DNA from: a virus
Length of the DNA stretch: 64,000 nt
Virus record (IMG/VR): IMGVR_UViG_3300010048_000001
Coordinates: 32,001 to 96,000 of that record
Strand: one strand, 5' to 3'
The notes beneath the pieces are model-generated. The model was given only the letters and a program-made list of their open reading frames with translations. It was not told the origin of the DNA and made no database searches. Position 1 is the stretch's first letter. Every line of letters starts with the position of its first letter. Made by a program: the position numbers and the translations under genes. Of this stretch, positions 62,055 to 64,000 are shown in pieces.

Positions 62055-62559
62055 CGCGATCCTCGGTCGAAAACATCACGCGCACTAGACTGAGATGCCT
62101 CGAACACAGCTTGTTTTTCGGCAAATCAGGTGACCCCCACTCATCTATGATCGCCGGCGTTCCCAACTGCGAGGCCAGCGTTTTGGCCGAAAGAATCAGT
62201 GATTTTGCATGTCCAGTGCGCGCTCGCTTCTCCGGCAGCACCAGGTTCCAAACCGACAACATCCGGTATTGGCGAGACAGCGGGGAAACGCGGGCGAAAT
62301 ACAGGCCCATGCTCGCTTCGATCGGCTCTTTCCCGTCGCCCCGCACCACGAAGGCCACGCCGCCGTGCCGGTTCGCTAGAGCGGCGATCATCGCCATTAG
62401 CAGGTCATCGTCGTCGCAGACAATCTCGTCCCGCATCATCTTGAGAAAGCGCACAAGATCTTCGAAATCAGCTGACGTCGCCAGATCGACCGGCGACACC
62501 GGTTTTGGCTTGCGCCCGTTCGGCCGATTCACAATGTGTGGGGATGCGGTCGAATACAT
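62035..62559 (-). CDS. GNAT-fold protein (divergent second copy)
   Basis: V.LAT..D; WNLVLPEKRARTGHAKSLI..AK. Confidence 0.6.
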   Translation of the reverse strand: MYSTASPHIVNRPNGRKPKPVSPVDLATSADFEDLVRFLKMMRDEIVCDDDDLLMAMIAALANRHGGVAFVVRGDGKEPIEASMGLYFARVSPLSRQYRMLSVWNLVLPEKRARTGHAKSLILSAKTLASQLGTPAIIDEWGSPDLPKNKLCSRHLSLVRVMFSTEDRVGVGVI

Positions 62560-63422
62560 TAAGCGGCGGCTCTCGCAATCGCATCTTTGTTATGCCCGAT
62601 GCTGGCATTCTTCGATCCGTGCGGACCCTTGAGCTTCTGCAGCCGCCCAATCTCCCTGCCGCGAACCTCTTTGACAAACTCATCCAGTACTTCGTGGCCG
62701 TGCTTCATCGCCGCATCGTGGCTCGCTGTGGCCCCGCGATTGCCGAGGAAATGGCGGCCGATCATCTCGACATGATCCGGATGTACCAGGATTTCACCGT
62801 CGGCGGTGATAACGGGAACCGTCTCTTCTTCCGTATCATTCTCCTCTTTAGCCTTCCCTCCGCTCGCCAGCGTCGGAGTGAGGGGCTCCTTGCCCTGAGG
62901 CAACCCGCCATGAGGGGGTTGCGGCGGGCCTCGCCCCCGATCGCGCGGTGGCCCCGCGGTGCCATAGGGCATGCTCTTTATGATGGAATCCCACACCGCC
63001 GCCCCGTGGAGGGAATTGCCCTCCCCGAGGCCAGCAATAACATCGGCCGGCAAGACATAACTCTCTGCCATGAGATTGACATTATTCTTGTCGTTACGGC
63101 CGGCGCCTGTCCCGAGCGAGAAGCCATAGGGAGATCTCTCCTCCGATCGAGCTTCGGCGCGCTCCCACCAGGGGGCGGCCATGCTCGGGCTAAGGCCACC
63201 TCCCATCTGCCGCCGCGGCGTCCGCGCAAGATGTGTCGCGGCCTCGATCACTTGGTCGTCAAGGGATCCGCCGTCGGCCCGCTTATGGACGCGCTGCGGC
63301 AGCTTTCCGCCGGGATCGCTCTCCGCAAACTCTTTGCCTACCGACTGAGGGATTCCGATATTGGAATGCCCCGCAGCCGCAGCCCACATGGCGCGTCTTT
63401 GAGATTGACTAACCGGCGGCAT
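62559..63422 (-). CDS. Virion-associated protein with xxGG motifs
   Basis: MP..S..QRRAM.AAA.G.S.IGIP..V.KEF N-terminus; G.GR.D...ESYVLPADV...LG.GN...GA; ADGE..V.P. Confidence 0.65.
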   Translation of the reverse strand: MPPVSQSQRRAMWAAAAGHSNIGIPQSVGKEFAESDPGGKLPQRVHKRADGGSLDDQVIEAATHLARTPRRQMGGGLSPSMAAPWWERAEARSEERSPYGFSLGTGAGRNDKNNVNLMAESYVLPADVIAGLGEGNSLHGAAVWDSIIKSMPYGTAGPPRDRGRGPPQPPHGGLPQGKEPLTPTLASGGKAKEENDTEEETVPVITADGEILVHPDHVEMIGRHFLGNRGATASHDAAMKHGHEVLDEFVKEVRGREIGRLQKLKGPHGSKNASIGHNKDAIARAAA

Positions 63423-63606
63423 TCAGCGCCTCCCGCAACGCATCCGCGTATTCTTTCGTGACGACGCAGCGCTCGGGCGCAATCGTCTCACAATGCCGCA
63501 ACTCTTCCTCCGCCTCAGCGCGCACTGTCGGGTCTGCTTGGATCGCGCCGCGCAATTGCAGCGCGTCGTTCCCGTAGCGCTTGAGGAGATGATATTGGGC
63601 AGGCAT
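63409..63606 (-). CDS. Hypothetical protein
   Basis: Coupled small ORF. Confidence 0.5.
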   Translation of the reverse strand: MPAQYHLLKRYGNDALQLRGAIQADPTVRAEAEEELRHCETIAPERCVVTKEYADALREALNAAG

Positions 63607-63888
63607 TTAGCCGGTCCCCTCTGCCTCACCGACCAGGCGCTGATCAAGCGAAGTAAACGTATCCTTAGCGCTAAACATCGGATGCTTCCCGCAGGACTCA
63701 CCAACGTTTACTGGGGGCCACATCGCTTGGGTGCCCATGCCGGGCTTGCCGCCCACAACCGGCGGTGGGCTCATAACTAAGGCTACGCCAGGAGGACCGT
63801 AGTGGCAGGTGCCTTGCTGCTCATTCACGGCCTGGTAATAAGGGCAGGTGCCGCATGCTACCACTACAAGTGCTGGATCGAGAGCCAT
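63607..63888 (-). CDS. Small Cys/His metal-binding protein
   Basis: CGTC.YY..GTC..GPP..WP.V...CG.H; AGGTGAG SD. Confidence 0.65.
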   Translation of the reverse strand: MALDPALVVVACGTCPYYQAVNEQQGTCHYGPPGVALVMSPPPVVGGKPGMGTQAMWPPVNVGESCGKHPMFSAKDTFTSLDQRLVGEAEGTG

Positions 63889-64000
63889 CCGTGCTCACCT
63901 ATCGGGGGCGAAACGTACCCGCCTTATCATAATTTACTGGCTTTCTCAACCCACGCCTATGTTGACCCGAGCCCAGATGGCAATCTGTTGGTTGAAGCTC

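Overview
This window is a contiguous part of a temperate, high-GC tailed-phage genome. The host is probably an alphaproteobacterium, inferred from the GapR homologue, the tail-fibre N-terminus and the promoter style. No host chromosomal genes are visible. The integrase is followed by an intact-looking attP that runs straight into structural genes, so this appears to be the circularised or virion form. From left to right: (1) tail fibre (partial), portal and terL; (2) about 6.7 kb of accessory, mostly exported genes, then terS; (3) an inverted island of small early-type ORFs; (4) nucleotide enzymes, a pro-domain-less S53 protease, a glycosyltransferase-like gene and putative lysis membrane proteins; (5) ssb, an iteron-rich origin, helicase, primase, MTase, RusA and GapR; (6) a cro/cI switch, RecE-like/RecT/SbcC-like genes and xis; (7) a GH25 + secreted + PEP-CTERM cassette, integrase and attP; (8) a 3874-aa polyvalent virion protein, a lysozyme-bearing ejection protein and two GNAT-like genes. 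No capsid gene is recognisable. The most striking feature is that the giant gene is dual-coding in three places, all in the +1 frame. An intein in the helicase DExH box hides an overprinted DUF559/Vsr-like endonuclease with an apparent internal sigma70 leaderless promoter. Two apparent linkers, after the methyltransferase and the JAB domain, hide small RBS-bearing genes that are candidate antidotes or partners. A GGGTAC-N5-GTACCC operator also recurs at the genetic switch and at distant accessory loci. All family calls are from motif recognition by eye, not database searches.
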